Source of the DNA: a virus
Lineage: Duplodnaviria; Caudoviricetes
Direction: 5' to 3' (one strand)
IMG/VR virus record: IMGVR_UViG_3300021082_000047
Location: 1-45,977 of that record
Length of the DNA stretch: 45,977 nt
Shown here: positions 24,872 to 34,771 of the stretch, one piece after another
Numbering within the stretch: position 1 is the stretch's first letter
Layout of the letters: every line of letters begins with the position of its first letter
The notes under the pieces: generated by a model
The model's input: only the letters and a program-made list of their open reading frames with translations
Databases searched by the model: none
What the model was told of the DNA's origin: nothing
Made by a program: the position numbers and the translations under genes

Positions 24872-25076
24872 CTTGAACCTCCGTGGCTTTCCCGAGCTTC
24901 AACTTGCAGTGGGCGTTGGCGTCCACCCCAACGAGCGGAGCCGAGACGCCGAATCCCGTATCCAGGTCAACCGCGGACCAGTCCGAATCAGCGCATCCCG
25001 ACAGGAACAGGAAGCAGAACGCGAAACGGGTGGAGCGGGTCATCGGCGGGCGTAAGCATGGGGTCTGAGTCGACAT
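24774..25076 (-). CDS. Small lipoprotein (start 25076 or 25043), 3' end overlapping the next gene
   Basis: RFAFCFLFLSG-C lipobox. Confidence 0.55.
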   Translation of the reverse strand: MSTQTPCLRPPMTRSTRFAFCFLFLSGCADSDWSAVDLDTGFGVSAPLVGVDANAHCKLKLGKATEVQDVAKPDDPAPPGPSALAELRFDAVHGEGKPDG

Positions 25077-25091
25077 TTGGAAAGCCGGGAA

Positions 25092-25409
25092 TCAGTCCTC
25101 CATGAACGCCGCGAGCAGGTCGGTTTTCAGGGCGTTCTTGGTCACGAGCGGAACGGCCGCGTTGGGAATCGCCGTGATGAGGTCGTTCAAGACCGAAGCC
25201 GTCCCGGCGATGGTGATGAGCGTGCGGAATCCGATATCGCTCACGATCTTGTAGCGTCCAGAAGTGGAGTCCCAGACGATGGTGATCTTGTTTCCTGGTG
25301 GGGCAGCGGCACGGTTGTCCGGCCCAAGCCAACACTGGAACCGAGCACCGGACCCGAAGGTGATCACGAAGCCCGCGCCCTCGAGCTGCTGTTGCGTGAC
25401 GGCAGCCAT
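25092..25409 (-). CDS. Hypothetical protein, tail region (105 aa)
   Basis: TAATG junction; GGAG RBS. Confidence 0.7.
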   Translation of the reverse strand: MAAVTQQQLEGAGFVITFGSGARFQCWLGPDNRAAAPPGNKITIVWDSTSGRYKIVSDIGFRTLITIAGTASVLNDLITAIPNAAVPLVTKNALKTDLLAAFMED

Positions 25410-26050
25410 TAGACGGGCTCCATCGAAAACACGACCTGCACGACGCTGTAGTAGTAGTTGTTGGTGCCGCCCGTGGACCCCGCGATCATCCCAATGAAGG
25501 GAATGATTCTTCCTCCGGCAGCAACGGAGGCGAGCGGGGTGATGTCGTCAACGGCTACTGACGTGATGCCCGCGCTGCTGTCATTCGACTGGTTGAGCAG
25601 GGTCAAGACCACCGGATAGGTGACCGAGTTGGCCTCTTGTACGCCAGCCTCGCAATCGTAGTTACTTCCGACTGTCGCGCCTGTCCGCACGTCAGCGAAC
25701 ACTTCCCAGATCTTCGCTACGTAGCCGGTTGGGATGGTGACCCCCATGTATCCGTTACCTGCCACGTTGCCGAGGCCGACAATCCTCGTGCCAGCAGCGG
25801 CTACGGTATTGGTGACGAATTGCATCGTCTGGTAGCGCACGCGTCGCGGGTCGTACTGCCCGCGCCACGGAATGGCGATACGGGGACCGAACGCCTGATC
25901 CCTGGTGTTGTCATAAGACGGCAGTCCGTTCGGTGTGCGCTGCGGTCCCATCGGGAAGCCCTGCCCGGGAGGAACGATGACCCTCCCGGGCGCGTAACCG
26001 TGCATGGGCGGACGTGACGGATCGAGCGGACCAAGGAACTGTGAGTGCAT
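25409..26050 (-). CDS. Putative tail-associated beta-sandwich protein with Pro-rich N-terminus
   Basis: Operon position; beta-rich C-terminal part. Confidence 0.65.
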   Translation of the reverse strand: MHSQFLGPLDPSRPPMHGYAPGRVIVPPGQGFPMGPQRTPNGLPSYDNTRDQAFGPRIAIPWRGQYDPRRVRYQTMQFVTNTVAAAGTRIVGLGNVAGNGYMGVTIPTGYVAKIWEVFADVRTGATVGSNYDCEAGVQEANSVTYPVVLTLLNQSNDSSAGITSVAVDDITPLASVAAGGRIIPFIGMIAGSTGGTNNYYYSVVQVVFSMEPV

Positions 26051-26409
26051 CAGACGATCTGGTTCACGAAGCCTGTAGCCAGAACGACGTTGGCGCTACT
26101 GGCGAACACCGCGAGCACCAGCGAGTTGTTCAGCAGAAGCCCCGGGATGACGAGGATCGGCCCAGAAGACGGCGGCAGCGACATAGCCTTGCAGATCAAG
26201 CCATCAGGGTCCGTGACCGCGCCGTACTCGATGGTGACGGTAACGGCTGACGTACTCGTGTTGGTGAGATAGAGGTAAATCTCGTCATACGCCGCGGTGC
26301 CGGACACGGCGGTATGCACCGTCGTTCCAGCGGTGGCGGTGGCGGCGATCTTGACGGGCTTACCGTTGGTCGAGCCGGATAGCTTTGCTTTGGTGAATAC
26401 TTGAGGCAT
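26050..26409 (-). CDS. Small beta-sandwich virion protein accompanying the tail fibre
   Basis: LSGSTNG..GTTVHTA..DEIYLY..LVIPGLLL..GFVNQI; follows a fibre ending AILAAQIFG. Confidence 0.7.
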   Translation of the reverse strand: MPQVFTKAKLSGSTNGKPVKIAATATAGTTVHTAVSGTAAYDEIYLYLTNTSTSAVTVTIEYGAVTDPDGLICKAMSLPPSSGPILVIPGLLLNNSLVLAVFASSANVVLATGFVNQIV

Positions 26410-26418
26410 GTGGTTCCT

Positions 26419-27813
26419 TTACTGTCCGAAGATTTGAGCGGCGAGAATCGCCTGTCCGTATGCGGTGCCGTCGAGCTTGTCTGAGATGACTGCGCCTGTT
26501 GAGATTCCATCCGACGCGACGCGCCCCCATCCGATTGACGTGCCGGTGTTGTCGCTCACCATGACCTTGTCAGCGCTGCTTGCTGCGATATCCGCCGGAA
26601 CGCCCGCGCTGTTGGTTGCTCTGCCAACGAGTGACATCCCCGCGCTGTTGCGCAGCATCGCACTCGTGACCTTGGCCGCGCCGATTGCCGTCGTGATCGC
26701 GCCTGTGCCGCTGCCGCTAACGTCGCCGGACAGAGTGATGGTCTGGTCGCCGGTATTGGTCCCCGACGACGTGCCCGAGAACGTACCGCTCTGCGTCGCA
26801 AGCGTTCCAAGCCCGTCTACGTCAAGAGTCGAGAGCCGGTTGCGCCGCGCGAGAGTCCCAAGCCAGTTGATCTGATCCGGCGTGATGAGAGCTGACGCGC
26901 CAGGCACAGCCCAAGTCCCATCGCCGCGCAGGAACGTCGTTCCGTCGGGCGTGCCCGTGCCGAGGTTGGTCACGGTATCCCCAGGCGTCACCGACGCCAT
27001 GAAGTCAGCGCCGTTGATGCCAACCGCGCCCGCGGACACGACGCCGCCGATGATCGCGGACGACGGAAGCCCCTGCACGCTCGTTGCGTCGGTGAAGTCC
27101 CAATCCCCTTGCGGCTTGTTCGTGACGTCGACAAAAGCGTTTCCAGGAACGCCGCCGATCAAAAGCTCGATCGTCCCGCTTCCGCTCGCGATCTTTGTCA
27201 GATCCGTGCCCGCCGTCGCGCGCCAGATCTTCCGCGTGCTCACCTCGATCACGCCTTGCGTCGTACCGTCCGTGAATCCGATGCTCGGATTGGGAAAGTC
27301 CGTCGCGTTCGGGAGCAGCTTCCGCTTTGCCACGAGGATCACGCGCACGCCCGCGGCAGGAGCGGCTTCGCTCATCGCGCCTGTGAGAGTGATCGTCGTA
27401 CCAGTCGTAGATGCCACGAGGTACGGCGGGCGCTTCGGACCGCTCGCGCTGTCCAGGATGTACAGGATGTGATTCGCCGTCGCCGCAATCGTCGGCAACG
27501 TCGGCTCGAGGATCTGGATTACCGTGGTCGTCGAGCCTGCCGCCGTCGCGCAATAGAACGGGACGCCGAACGCCTCCCGCTGCATGTTCGCCAGCCCCCA
27601 GAGCCCAGCGAGGATGTCGACCTCCCGCTGCAAGCGGTCAGGGCGGTAGATCGGAGATCCGCACGTTGCGTCTGCCGTGAACAACGCCGACGACTGCGTT
27701 CCCGTGATGATCGCGCCGCTGCCGGACAGCTTGAACAGCCCGCCCTCGTAGTCGGCCTCAACGAGCGCAGTAGCCGCCGGCCCGTGCGTGTTGCTCCTGT
27801 ACGGTGCCGTCAT
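26419..27813 (-). CDS. Tail fibre-like protein
   Basis: Fibre motifs LGTGTPDGTTFLRGDGTWAVP and SGTNTGDQTITLSGDVSGSG. Confidence 0.75.
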   Translation of the reverse strand: MTAPYRSNTHGPAATALVEADYEGGLFKLSGSGAIITGTQSSALFTADATCGSPIYRPDRLQREVDILAGLWGLANMQREAFGVPFYCATAAGSTTTVIQILEPTLPTIAATANHILYILDSASGPKRPPYLVASTTGTTITLTGAMSEAAPAAGVRVILVAKRKLLPNATDFPNPSIGFTDGTTQGVIEVSTRKIWRATAGTDLTKIASGSGTIELLIGGVPGNAFVDVTNKPQGDWDFTDATSVQGLPSSAIIGGVVSAGAVGINGADFMASVTPGDTVTNLGTGTPDGTTFLRGDGTWAVPGASALITPDQINWLGTLARRNRLSTLDVDGLGTLATQSGTFSGTSSGTNTGDQTITLSGDVSGSGTGAITTAIGAAKVTSAMLRNSAGMSLVGRATNSAGVPADIAASSADKVMVSDNTGTSIGWGRVASDGISTGAVISDKLDGTAYGQAILAAQIFGQ

Positions 27814-30578
27814 GATGCGTCGCTCACGCCGGTCGCGCTCGCGCCGGATTCCTGCTGTGGCTTCGTGATGGCTTTGCCGGTGTGATACTCGATGGTGTTC
27901 CCGTCCTTGTAGTAGATGCGGGAGCTGCACATCGACGTGGGCTGCTCGCCTGTCTGCGAGCCTCGCGCGCAGTCGTTCAACTGCTTCAACGCCTTCGAGT
28001 AGGCGCTCAGGTCCGCGATCTTAGAAACGTGCTTCGTCATCAGCTCCTGGTAGATGTCGATCTGCAAGTCTTCCTTGCCGTTGTCGAAGCCGAAGACGAC
28101 CTCGTCATTCTCAAAGTCCCAGGTGAACTCCGTCAGCGTGCCGTTGAACCCGCCGTAGCCGGAGCCCGTCGCGTGCAGCGCGCCCGCGAGAGACGAGTAG
28201 AGATTCACGTCGATGGACAGATCCAGCCACACGCCGTTCTCTTTGATGCCGGGCTTTCTGATCGTGCCCTGATGATGCGCGTGGCTCTTGCTCTGCCAGA
28301 GACGGAACGCCAGATCCGTGTAGTCGGCTGTCTGGGAGTCATCGGTCCAGTCCTCCACGAGCGCCGAGAACTCCGACGCCAGCCCGTACCGCGCGAACGC
28401 CGGCCCCGCGTATCCCGTCGCCGGGTAGCGCGCGTTCCGCAGCGTCGTCGTCGTCGTCTCGTAGTCGACTTGAACGAGGCGAGGCGGCGTCCACCCGGTA
28501 CCACTGGTACATGGACTGCCAGTAGGTTGCCGTGTGTACGTCGCCCGCCTCCATACCATTGTTGCGCCGATGCCGCCGCCGGCGAGTTGTTCGAACGCTC
28601 CGGCGGGCGTGACGTTCGTCGCCGGATACCCGAGTCCTGGATGCATCGTGCTGACACGCTTCGATGACTCGGTGCCGTTGTCAGTCGTCATCTTCAGGTC
28701 GGTGCAGACCTCGGTATGCGGCGAGCTTGATGCGTCGAATTGGACGGTCTGGGAATTGAAGTAGAACTTCCGCCCGACCTCCCACTTCTTGTTGTTCCCG
28801 CCAGTGGTCGGGAATCGCTTGTCTTGAGTGAGAACAACGCGATCCGTCCCGCCGCCGCCGATCGTGTTGAAGAGCGGGGAGTCCGAGAGGATCTTTCCAG
28901 GACTGGCGGTAACGGTGATCTTCAGTCCCGGCGTTCCGTCGCCCACATCCGCCATGTGCTGGCTGGTCAGGATGCGGTACGTCCGATTGCTGTTGCGGAT
29001 GCTCGCGGTCGCCTCGGTCCAGATCCACAGGGAGCAGTCGGTCCACTCGTTGGACGAGTGCCGCGTGCCGTACTGGCTCTGCGCGTAACTGACGGTCACG
29101 AAGTCGTGCGTCCCGTCGTTGCTCAACGTGTACGGCTGCAAGCCCTCGCCGTCTGCGCCCACGTCCATCTCGCGGTCGGCGTCCTTGTCAGTCCACGCCG
29201 ATTCAAACGACGTGTCCCAGCCGTGCTGCATGATCCCGCTCGTGTACGACTGGCGGTTCCATGCCTCGTTGCGGGATTCCGTCTTCTGGTTGACGGAGTA
29301 CAGGTTGACCGCCGAGTAGACGCCATCGGCGTCCTGCTGGAGCGACACGCCGCCGCTCGGCACGTCGTCGAGCGACAGGTTCAGGACCGCGAGCGCGGAC
29401 GTCGCGACCGGGTACGCCTTCCACGATCCCGAAGCAAAGAAGTAGGTTCCTTGCTCTACGAATCTCAGCTCGCTCCCGACGATGGAGTAGATCGTTTTCT
29501 CTTGCGTGAGGTTGTATGACGGGTGCAGCGTTGTCCCGCCGCCGTACATGCGAACACGCTGACCAACAGCGAACGCTCCGGGAGTGTCAACGCTCCCAAC
29601 CGACGCATAGCCCACTCCCGCAAAATTGCCGTATCCGCTCGTGCCGCTTGCATACGTTTCCGTGAGCTTCGGTCCATGCTGGATGAGCCTCCATTGCGTC
29701 GTGCGGTGATCCACCACGAGGCGCAGATGCGGTGCCCACGCGCGCAGGATCTGCCGGACGCCGTCGGCGAATCCGCAGTCCTGGAGGACGATCTGCGTCG
29801 GCTTCCATGTGAGAGAGCCGATCTCCGTCGTGTTGAACAGCGTCGAGGCGAGCGACGTATCGAGCACTCCCTCAGTGACAAGTCGCGTGCGGTAGTGCGT
29901 CTGCAGATAGTCGAGGATTTGCCCGACGCTCGCGCGCGTGTCCGCTTCCGCCGATTCGCCTGTGCCAAGCGGAGTCGCGCTCGCGCTGCTGACGAGCTTG
30001 ATCGAGTAGATAAAGTCGGGATGTTCGCGCGGCAGGTTGAAGGCGATCTTCGGGATCGTGATCCCGTCCGGCGCGGATCGCTCGAGCTTGATGACGTTGG
30101 ATCGGAACGTTGTGTCCCGGCAGGTGATCGCGAGTCCGCTGTCGGGGTCCATCGTCACGTCGGCGACGTGCCCGTAGAACATCCGCACCTGAGTCCCGGG
30201 CGTGACGCCGTTGATGTGCCACGAGGCGGTAGCGACGGTCGCATCAGGCGTCGGCACCTGCGCGTACAGCTCGACGGTGTCGTTTGGCGTCCAAGGGTAG
30301 GCGTTGGCCTGGTCGTTCTTCCAGGCGGTCAGGCCTTGCACGTCGAGGGTGAGCGTCTTTCCCGACTCGACGTTGTGGGCGAGGGACTTGACGTTGATCC
30401 ACTCGCGTTCGACTTGCAGCGTGGCGCCCGAAGGCAGCGCGCCTGTCGTGAACGAGTTGTCGTAGCGCCTGCCAGATGTGGCGTCGGCGTCGGCGGTAGA
30501 TCCGTCCTGAAACACCGCGATCAGCCCCGATCCGTCCGAGGCCCGCACCTTCAGCTTCTTTTGGGAGAGGACGGTCAA
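27810..30578 (-). CDS. Tail tip / baseplate hub (Tal-like) protein, 922 aa
   Basis: Second gene after tape measure; MFYGHV..ITCRD hub-like N-terminus. Confidence 0.7.
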   Translation of the reverse strand: MTVLSQKKLKVRASDGSGLIAVFQDGSTADADATSGRRYDNSFTTGALPSGATLQVEREWINVKSLAHNVESGKTLTLDVQGLTAWKNDQANAYPWTPNDTVELYAQVPTPDATVATASWHINGVTPGTQVRMFYGHVADVTMDPDSGLAITCRDTTFRSNVIKLERSAPDGITIPKIAFNLPREHPDFIYSIKLVSSASATPLGTGESAEADTRASVGQILDYLQTHYRTRLVTEGVLDTSLASTLFNTTEIGSLTWKPTQIVLQDCGFADGVRQILRAWAPHLRLVVDHRTTQWRLIQHGPKLTETYASGTSGYGNFAGVGYASVGSVDTPGAFAVGQRVRMYGGGTTLHPSYNLTQEKTIYSIVGSELRFVEQGTYFFASGSWKAYPVATSALAVLNLSLDDVPSGGVSLQQDADGVYSAVNLYSVNQKTESRNEAWNRQSYTSGIMQHGWDTSFESAWTDKDADREMDVGADGEGLQPYTLSNDGTHDFVTVSYAQSQYGTRHSSNEWTDCSLWIWTEATASIRNSNRTYRILTSQHMADVGDGTPGLKITVTASPGKILSDSPLFNTIGGGGTDRVVLTQDKRFPTTGGNNKKWEVGRKFYFNSQTVQFDASSSPHTEVCTDLKMTTDNGTESSKRVSTMHPGLGYPATNVTPAGAFEQLAGGGIGATMVWRRATYTRQPTGSPCTSGTGWTPPRLVQVDYETTTTTLRNARYPATGYAGPAFARYGLASEFSALVEDWTDDSQTADYTDLAFRLWQSKSHAHHQGTIRKPGIKENGVWLDLSIDVNLYSSLAGALHATGSGYGGFNGTLTEFTWDFENDEVVFGFDNGKEDLQIDIYQELMTKHVSKIADLSAYSKALKQLNDCARGSQTGEQPTSMCSSRIYYKDGNTIEYHTGKAITKPQQESGASATGVSDAS

Positions 30579-31291
30579 ACAGCCGTCCCGTATTGCGGCG
30601 CGTCAACGGACGTGAACGCAATGTCGATGTCCTTGACGGCCTCGGTTGCCCCCTCCGTGTCGTTGCCTGGCATCTCGATGCCGGGCTCCATGTACGCGCC
30701 TTGCACCGCAACGATGGCTCGGAACAGGTACGCCGACGACGTGTAGTTGTTCGCGAGCGTCGCAGCGACGATCTGATTCGTAACGGCGCCGGCGGTCGTC
30801 GTGAACAGCTCAGCGGCAGATGTCGATACATCGAAGATGTACCAGAGTTCACCGAGGACGAGCGTGGTCGGCGTCGTGCCGCCGTAAGGGTTGGTGATGT
30901 CCAGCGCGACGCTACTCCCCGCACTCTCCGATCCCGTCAGCTTGAACACCTTCTGCTGGTCGTCGGTGACGGCGAGGATGCCGTACGTCGTCGTGACCGT
31001 GGACGGCACGTAGCCGCGGATGGTCGCCACGTTGTTGATGAAGCCGACCTTGCGCTGGAAGAAGACTTCCGTCGATTCCGTGGCGTAGAAGCTGCGCTTC
31101 ATGTTGACCTGGAGTGACGTCTCGAACCACGTCTTTGCGCCTCGGTCGACGACGCTGGAGCGCGTTCCGTACAGGGCAGACTTCACCTCTGGACCGTCGC
31201 CAGCGACCTTGAACACGGGATAGCCGGTGAGGTAGTCGCCGAGAGGCAGCGTCTTGTAGACGGCGAGCGGGATCGGGTCGGGATTGGTCAT
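30575..31291 (-). CDS. Distal tail (Dit-position) protein
   Basis: Directly after tape measure; beta-rich. Confidence 0.6.
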   Translation of the reverse strand: MTNPDPIPLAVYKTLPLGDYLTGYPVFKVAGDGPEVKSALYGTRSSVVDRGAKTWFETSLQVNMKRSFYATESTEVFFQRKVGFINNVATIRGYVPSTVTTTYGILAVTDDQQKVFKLTGSESAGSSVALDITNPYGGTTPTTLVLGELWYIFDVSTSAAELFTTTAGAVTNQIVAATLANNYTSSAYLFRAIVAVQGAYMEPGIEMPGNDTEGATEAVKDIDIAFTSVDAPQYGTAV

Positions 31292-34200
31292 CGTCCGGGG
31301 CTCGTTGGGATAGCTTCGATGTCCTTCTCGGCCTTGGCGAGACGCTTCTCAAAGTTGGCTTGGGTTTCGGCGATAGCCTCGAGCTTCTCGATGGCGGCGT
31401 TCAGGGCTTCGAGTTCGCGCTCCTCGGTCTGCTGAAGGATCTCGATGGTCTGCCCCGTCTTGTCGGCAAGGTCGGCGAGTTGGGCGTCCTTCTCGCGTGC
31501 GATGTCGGAGAGGCGATTCAGGGCTTCGTCGAGCGCCTTCTGCGCGGCGTTCGCTCCGCCCTCGGCGCCAAGTACTTGCTTCTGCGCGACGTTCTGGAAG
31601 ATCTGCTCCGCGCCGCCGTTGATCAGGTCGTCGTCGCCGAGGCCTGCGCCCTGCTGGTTCAGTTCGTGCCGCAGAGCCTTGGTCGCGCGGCGCGTTCGCT
31701 TGCGAGCGGCGCGCTTGAACTTGCCTGGGATGGCCTTGTCGAGATCCGCCCCGCCGAACTCGCCACCGAAGCCGGCGGCGCTGGAGAGCGAGCCGGACAA
31801 CTGGCCGACGCGGGAGGCGATCTCATCCATCGCGGCTTTGAAGCCCCCGATGATGTCCTCGCGCTTGGCGGCAAAGTCCTGATTCAGCCGCTCGCGCTCC
31901 GCGATCTCATCCTCGTACACCTGCTGGAGCTTCGCTCCGAACTGCTCCTGGATGGACTTCGCGGAGCCCAGCTCGGAGATGGTGTCTTCCCAATACTTCT
32001 TCTGCTGCTCGGCGGCATCGAGCCCCGCCTTGAGTCCAGCGGTCTGCTCTTTCTTGTACCGCTCGAAGTCCTCGGCGATGTCGTTGCGGCGGAAGTTCTC
32101 GGAGATCTGCGCAAGCTGCTCGTCGGTGAGGTCAAGCTCTGCGACCGCGCTTTCGAGTCCGGCATTCAGGAGGCGCAGATACCCGTTCAGCGCCGCGGCC
32201 TGCGTAAAGATGTCTGGACCGAGCGTGCCGGTGTTCGCGCCGCTGACATCGAACGACGCGCCAGCGCCTCCGCCGGTGCTCGTACCGCCTCCGAAGCCTC
32301 CGAAGTTGGAGACTTGCGGTCCGTACTTGGAACCGAAGAAAAGAGATGGATCACCCCCGCCGCCACCGCCGCCTGCGACGATGGTAGGTCTGCCCGCGGC
32401 CTGATCCTCGATCACCTTGCGCAGCGCTTCCAGTTGCGCATTCAGCGCCGTGATCTGCGGATTAGATCCGAGCGAAGCCGCGGCGTTGGTGAACCTTCCG
32501 CCTGCTCGCTTGACAAGCCCGGATGCCTCGCTATCCAGCTCCTTTGCTCGCGCCTCGGTTGGCGATTGCAGGTTGCCCTTGTCGTCATAGAACGCTGTTG
32601 GGTCCGGCAGCAAACGAATTGCAGCGGCCTTTATCTTTGAGAAGCCAGCGATGAACAGGTCTACCGTCGCGTCTGCTGCGGCTTTCGCGAACACGGTGAA
32701 CTCGACCCACAGCTTCTTCGCCTGAAGCTGCGCCAGAGTGAACACCTGATCGAGCTTGATGGTGCGGATGATCGCCGGGAGATCTTTGAGGTTCCCTACG
32801 ATGCCGCCAATCGCGGTGTTCAAAGACTTCGCTATAGCCTCGTTGTTGTTCTTGAAAAAATCCCCGATGGCCCTTGCGATCTTTTCGATGTAATCGAACA
32901 CCGGCTGCAGAGTCCTGATGAGCGGCTTGCCAATAAAGTTGAGCACATTCTGCGCCGTCGCCTTCAGGCGTTCGAACGAGTCGGATGCGTTGTCGACCTG
33001 CGGCCCGAGCTTCCGCGCCTGATCGGTAGCCACCTTCATCACAGCATTGAGCCGAGCGTGCTTGACGAGCGCGTCGTCAAGCGCCTCTACCTCGACGCCT
33101 TGCGACTTCGCAAGTTGTTTGACCACTGCATCGAAGTTGATCGCGGTGCCGAGGTATTGCTTTAGTCCCTTGGCGTTACCGCTGACCAATGCGGCGGTGA
33201 AGTCCTCAAGCGCCTCGGTAGGCCCGATGTTGATGGACTTACCGAGTTGCACCGCGACCTCTGCGAGTTCCGCATACTCTGGGATGGACGCGACCGTCTC
33301 GGTGCGGACCGCTTTTACGGCCTGAGTCTGCAAGGCCAGATCAGGGATCATCCCGCGAGTGGCCTTTTGCAACTTCTCCAACGCTCCGGTTGCAGTCTCG
33401 CCAGCCGCGACCGCGAGCGTGTCGAAAGCCTCGCCCACGTCCTCTTGCTCAAAAGCCTGCTTGATCCCGAGCACGGCCACGCCCACCGCGGCCCCCAGCG
33501 TGACCTTCAGCGCCAGTCCGAGCTTGTCGCCGATGAACCCGGCGATCTGCCCTGCCGCCTGCCCCAGCGCGCCCGCGAGCTCGCCCACGACCGCGAACGC
33601 ATTGCCAACCGCCTTGCCTATGAATCCCAGCGCGCCTGGCAGAAGCTTCGAGAGCGCCACGCCAAAGCCCCTGGACAGGCTTGCAGCCGCTTGCCCAGCG
33701 CCCTGCAGGAGGTCGCCTGCCGCGCGCGGTGCCGATCCGAGGATGCCGGTGATCCCGCCAGAGGCCAGCTCGCGCCCAGCGTTGCCGATGCCGTTCCCGG
33801 CCTGCCCTGCAGCCCTGTACGCGCCGTAGCCGATGCTCGTGGCCGCGCCGCCGATTGCCTGACCTGCACGCGCCCTGAACCGCGAGCGGGCCTGTGCGGC
33901 CTTTGCCGCCTCGCGCTCGACAGCCTTTGCTTCCTGCGCCGCCGCTCGTTCCGCCTCTTTCGCCGCGCGCTGATCCTCGCGGATCTTGGTGTTGGCGACC
34001 TTGACCGCAAGCGCCTCCTCCTTGCGAGACTCCTTCTCCCAGTTGGAGAAGATCGCATCTATGTCCTTCGACACCGACGCGGCGTAGGCTTTCGACGCCG
34101 CCGCGCGCTGGCCGAACGTCTTGTCAAGCCCGGCGATCCCGGACGATCCCGCTCCCTGGAAACTAAAACGGTTCTTCTGAATCGCGGCCTTCTGGAAAGA

Positions 34201-34512
34201 CGCGATCTGATCCGCTGCGCGTTTGGCTTCCTTGATCTGGGAATTGGCCGCGCGCTTCGATTCCTTCTCAATCGCATCCGCCGCGCGCTTGGCCTCGCGC
34301 GCCTGTGCATCGGCTGCGCTCTTGGCCTGCCGCGCCTGGGTCGCCGCGATCTTGTTGTAGGCAGCCTCCTGCACCGCGGCGTATCGCTTCGCCGCCGCTT
34401 CGGCCTTCTTGGCGTCAGCCTCCGCTTGCTTCGCGGGGTTGGTGGAACCCCGGCCCGACGAGCCTCCGCCGGCTTGGCCTTGGTTGCGGATTACGATCTC
34501 GAACTTCGCCAC
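31288..34512 (-). CDS. Tape measure protein (1074 aa)
   Basis: Long Ala/Lys/Gln helical protein with Gly/Ala hydrophobic stretch; follows tail chaperones. Confidence 0.9.
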   Translation of the reverse strand: MAKFEIVIRNQGQAGGGSSGRGSTNPAKQAEADAKKAEAAAKRYAAVQEAAYNKIAATQARQAKSAADAQAREAKRAADAIEKESKRAANSQIKEAKRAADQIASFQKAAIQKNRFSFQGAGSSGIAGLDKTFGQRAAASKAYAASVSKDIDAIFSNWEKESRKEEALAVKVANTKIREDQRAAKEAERAAAQEAKAVEREAAKAAQARSRFRARAGQAIGGAATSIGYGAYRAAGQAGNGIGNAGRELASGGITGILGSAPRAAGDLLQGAGQAAASLSRGFGVALSKLLPGALGFIGKAVGNAFAVVGELAGALGQAAGQIAGFIGDKLGLALKVTLGAAVGVAVLGIKQAFEQEDVGEAFDTLAVAAGETATGALEKLQKATRGMIPDLALQTQAVKAVRTETVASIPEYAELAEVAVQLGKSINIGPTEALEDFTAALVSGNAKGLKQYLGTAINFDAVVKQLAKSQGVEVEALDDALVKHARLNAVMKVATDQARKLGPQVDNASDSFERLKATAQNVLNFIGKPLIRTLQPVFDYIEKIARAIGDFFKNNNEAIAKSLNTAIGGIVGNLKDLPAIIRTIKLDQVFTLAQLQAKKLWVEFTVFAKAAADATVDLFIAGFSKIKAAAIRLLPDPTAFYDDKGNLQSPTEARAKELDSEASGLVKRAGGRFTNAAASLGSNPQITALNAQLEALRKVIEDQAAGRPTIVAGGGGGGGDPSLFFGSKYGPQVSNFGGFGGGTSTGGGAGASFDVSGANTGTLGPDIFTQAAALNGYLRLLNAGLESAVAELDLTDEQLAQISENFRRNDIAEDFERYKKEQTAGLKAGLDAAEQQKKYWEDTISELGSAKSIQEQFGAKLQQVYEDEIAERERLNQDFAAKREDIIGGFKAAMDEIASRVGQLSGSLSSAAGFGGEFGGADLDKAIPGKFKRAARKRTRRATKALRHELNQQGAGLGDDDLINGGAEQIFQNVAQKQVLGAEGGANAAQKALDEALNRLSDIAREKDAQLADLADKTGQTIEILQQTEERELEALNAAIEKLEAIAETQANFEKRLAKAEKDIEAIPTSPGR

Positions 34513-34771
34513 TACCGGCCCCCGCTCCCGACAGCGCCGCGCCCTGCCGCGCCATCATGTGACTCGCGTTGTCCGCCGCGACCTTTGTCGCCAGCACGAT
34601 CTCGAAGCACAGAGCCACACCGCCCGGCTGATCCCGCAACGCACCGGCAAACGGGAAGTCCCCCGTCGTCGCCGCGTAGATCAGCCGCAACGTGAACGAC
34701 CGGTGACGCCGATCCTCGGGCGCTTTCGCACCCAGGAGGAGGTGGGCTGCCTCCTCCGCTACGAGTTTGGG
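34415..34771 (-). CDS. Tail assembly chaperone C-terminal extension (-1 frame, gpT-like)
   Basis: Open from the slippery site: PKLVAEEAAHLLLG..FPFAGALRDQP. Confidence 0.6.
   Translation of the reverse strand, partial: PKLVAEEAAHLLLGAKAPEDRRHRSFTLRLIYAATTGDFPFAGALRDQPGGVALCFEIVLATKVAADNASHMMARQGAALSGAGAGSGEVRDRNPQPRPSRRRLVGPGFHQPREASGG

Noticed and set aside
33830-34450. DNA repeat array in the tape measure 5' region
   Set aside because: Similarity reflects Ala/Lys/Glu-rich helical protein repeats typical of tape measures, not a separate DNA element.
31360-34695. Long plus-strand ORFs (e.g. 31360-32640, 33247-34695; also 932-1969, 29523-30746, 40515-41699)
   Set aside because: They are shadows antisense to well-supported minus-strand genes, as expected at high GC, and carry no motifs.
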